Positions 62,142-64,000 of a stretch of DNA of 64,000 nt are shown here, piece after piece; within the stretch, counting starts at the first letter, position 1, and every line of letters starts with the position of its first letter. The stretch is taken from assembly GCA_051362555.1 (NCBI GenBank), contig CM120645.1:17422001-17486000 (forward strand), read 5' to 3'. Origin of the DNA: Lingula anatina. Taxonomy: Eukaryota; Animalia; Brachiopoda. Both the position numbers and the translations under genes were made by a program. Under the pieces are notes generated by a model. It did no database searches and was not told where the DNA came from. It saw nothing but the letters and a program-made list of their open reading frames with translations.

Positions 62142-64000
62142 TTTTTATGTACAGACACAGATGTGTCTGTACATATTGCCATCACCTGCGTCTGTCGTCG
62201 CCGATGCCGATGCCGATGGCGATGCCGATGCCGATGCCGTCGCCGTGCACTTTCCTTGTAAACATGATAAGTGGAAGGCAGTTTTACTTTTTGGCTTTAT
62301 ATTAACAGAGCTGATGAATATTCATAAAACGCAGGTCAAGTTCGAAAATCAGCATGATCGGGCCATTATTGTAGAAGTTATGCTGTTTTTTCACTTTTCA
62401 GCATATTTTTCACATTTCCTCAGATTCAATTCTTAGGCATGTTAACAGTCTCATTATTAAACTAATAAGATACGTAAAAGTTTTTGTTTGACATTTCCTG
62501 CATCTTTACAACATTGTTAGTTGATTTTGTAAAAATGATGGTAAACTTGTTATCGTGTATTGTGTAATAAAGTGTCAAAAATGGAAATAAACTCATATCA
62601 TTGCAGTTTGTCAGATTCAATCATTCACTATGTTCAGAATCTCAGAATGGAAGAAATTGGACATTTAACACTGCTTTATTGATATTTTTCCCATCTCATC
62701 AATTTTCTTAGTTGATCATATAAAAATGGCAGTAAACTGTTAATTTTGTTTTATGTTAAAAATTGTTAAAAATGGGAAAAAAAAACATTTCAGAACAGTG
62801 CTGTCTTGTTTACATTTTGGCATTTTCAAGTTGTGACTTAGAGGTTCCATGGGCCTGAAGACCTTTGCTAGTCACATTTTCTGAATATCCATGATACTAA
62901 TATTTTATTATTAAAAATTGATGGTCATTATGCTGTTAAACATTATGTAATATTGCATCAAAATTTGAAAAAAACCTATTTTGGGCACTGCTCCCATGAT
63001 GACCATTTAAGAAAAACCATGTCACTTACTGTTCTCAAACAGTACAGTAAATATATATATAGGTGTGTCTGTACATATTGCCATCACCTGCGTCTGTCGT
63101 CGCCGTCATCGCCGTCGCCGGTGCCGTGCACTTTCATTGTAAACACGATAAGTGGAAGGCAGTTTTACTTTTGGGCTTTATATTTACAGAGCTGATGAAT
63201 ATTCATAAAACGCAGGTCAAGTTCGAAAATCAGCATGATCGGGCCATTATTGTAGAAGTTATGCTTTTTTTTCACTTTTCAGCATATATGCAACACTGTA
63301 AACACATTCCAAGGAAAACCGATAGGCCTGTTGTCATGAAACTCACAGGAGTAATCTATGTTACTAAAACGCAGGTCAAGTTCGAAAATCGGCATGATGG
63401 GGCCACTATTTTAGTAGTTATGCTGTTTTTTCATTTTTCAGCATACATGCAACACTGTAAACACAATATAAGAAAAACAGATAGGCCAATTGTCATTAAA
63501 CTCACAGGAGTGGTCAATCTTACTAAAACACAGGTTGAGTTCGAAAATCAGCATAATCGGGCCATTATTTTAGAAGTTATGCTGTTTTTTCACATTTCCT
63601 CAGATTAAATTCTTAGGCATGTTAACAGTCTCATTATTTAACTAATAAGACATGTAAAAGTGTTTGGTTGACATTTCCTGCATCTTTACAACATTATTAG
63701 TTGATTATGTAAAAATGATGGTAAACTTGTTATCGTGTATTGTGTAATAAAGTGTCAAAAATGGAAATAAACTCATATCATTGCAGTTTGTGAGATTCAA
63801 TCATTCACTATATGTTCAGAATCTCAGAATGGAGGAAATTGGACATTTAACACTATTCTATTGATATTTTTCCCATCTCATCAATTTTCTTAGTTGATCA
63901 TATAAAAATTGCAGTAAACTGTTTATTTTGTTTTATGTTAAAAAATTGTTAAAAATGAAAAAAAAAAAAAAAACATTTCAGAACAGTGCTGTCTTTGTTT
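62142..64000 (+). mobile_element. Two tandem family-A Helentron-like copies (62142 to about 63040 with one core unit; about 63062 to the edge with three units)
   Basis: 5' hairpin at 62147 and a (GCCGAT)n tract. The second copy restarts at GTGTGTCTGTACATATTGCC (63063). High identity to 39403-40740. Confidence 0.75.

Noticed and set aside
63063-63608. 181-aa ORF, and similar ORFs at 62134 and 39970
   Set aside because: Chance reading through the same repeat family; paralogous copies have stops and frameshifts.

Overview
AT-rich, intron-rich, repeat-dense eukaryotic DNA, probably from a marine invertebrate (a lophotrochozoan such as a mollusc or annelid; this is inference). The main content is one apparently intact + strand cytochrome P450 gene of the CYP4 family. 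I assembled it by hand from 13 coding exons (22966-61366; 1560 nt, 519 aa plus stop), all with GT-AG boundaries and matching phases. A candidate promoter and non-coding first exon lie at about 15.47-15.65 kb. An exon of a divergently oriented - strand gene with a chitin-binding type-2 (peritrophin-A/CBM14-like) domain runs off the left edge (1-301). Most of the rest is nested non-autonomous transposons: Academ-like foldbacks (TAG..CTA ends, 3-bp TSD), PIF/Harbinger MITEs, CAGGG-ended elements with 5-6-bp TSDs (hAT5-like), CCGG-ended elements with 2-bp TSDs, a Mutator-like element with a 9-bp TSD, Kolobok-like MITEs, three Helentron/DINE-1-like families, and decayed Vingi/Ingi-, RTE- and RTEX/CR1-like LINEs. 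One Helentron-like family carries a 160-161-bp internal tandem array whose copy number varies between copies. I found no prokaryotic features, CRISPR arrays, tRNA or rRNA. I see no clearly new biological system. The most interesting items are the satellite-generating Helentron-like family, the multi-level nesting and a stop-free in-frame intron in the P450. TE family names come from terminal and TSD signatures only, not from database searches.
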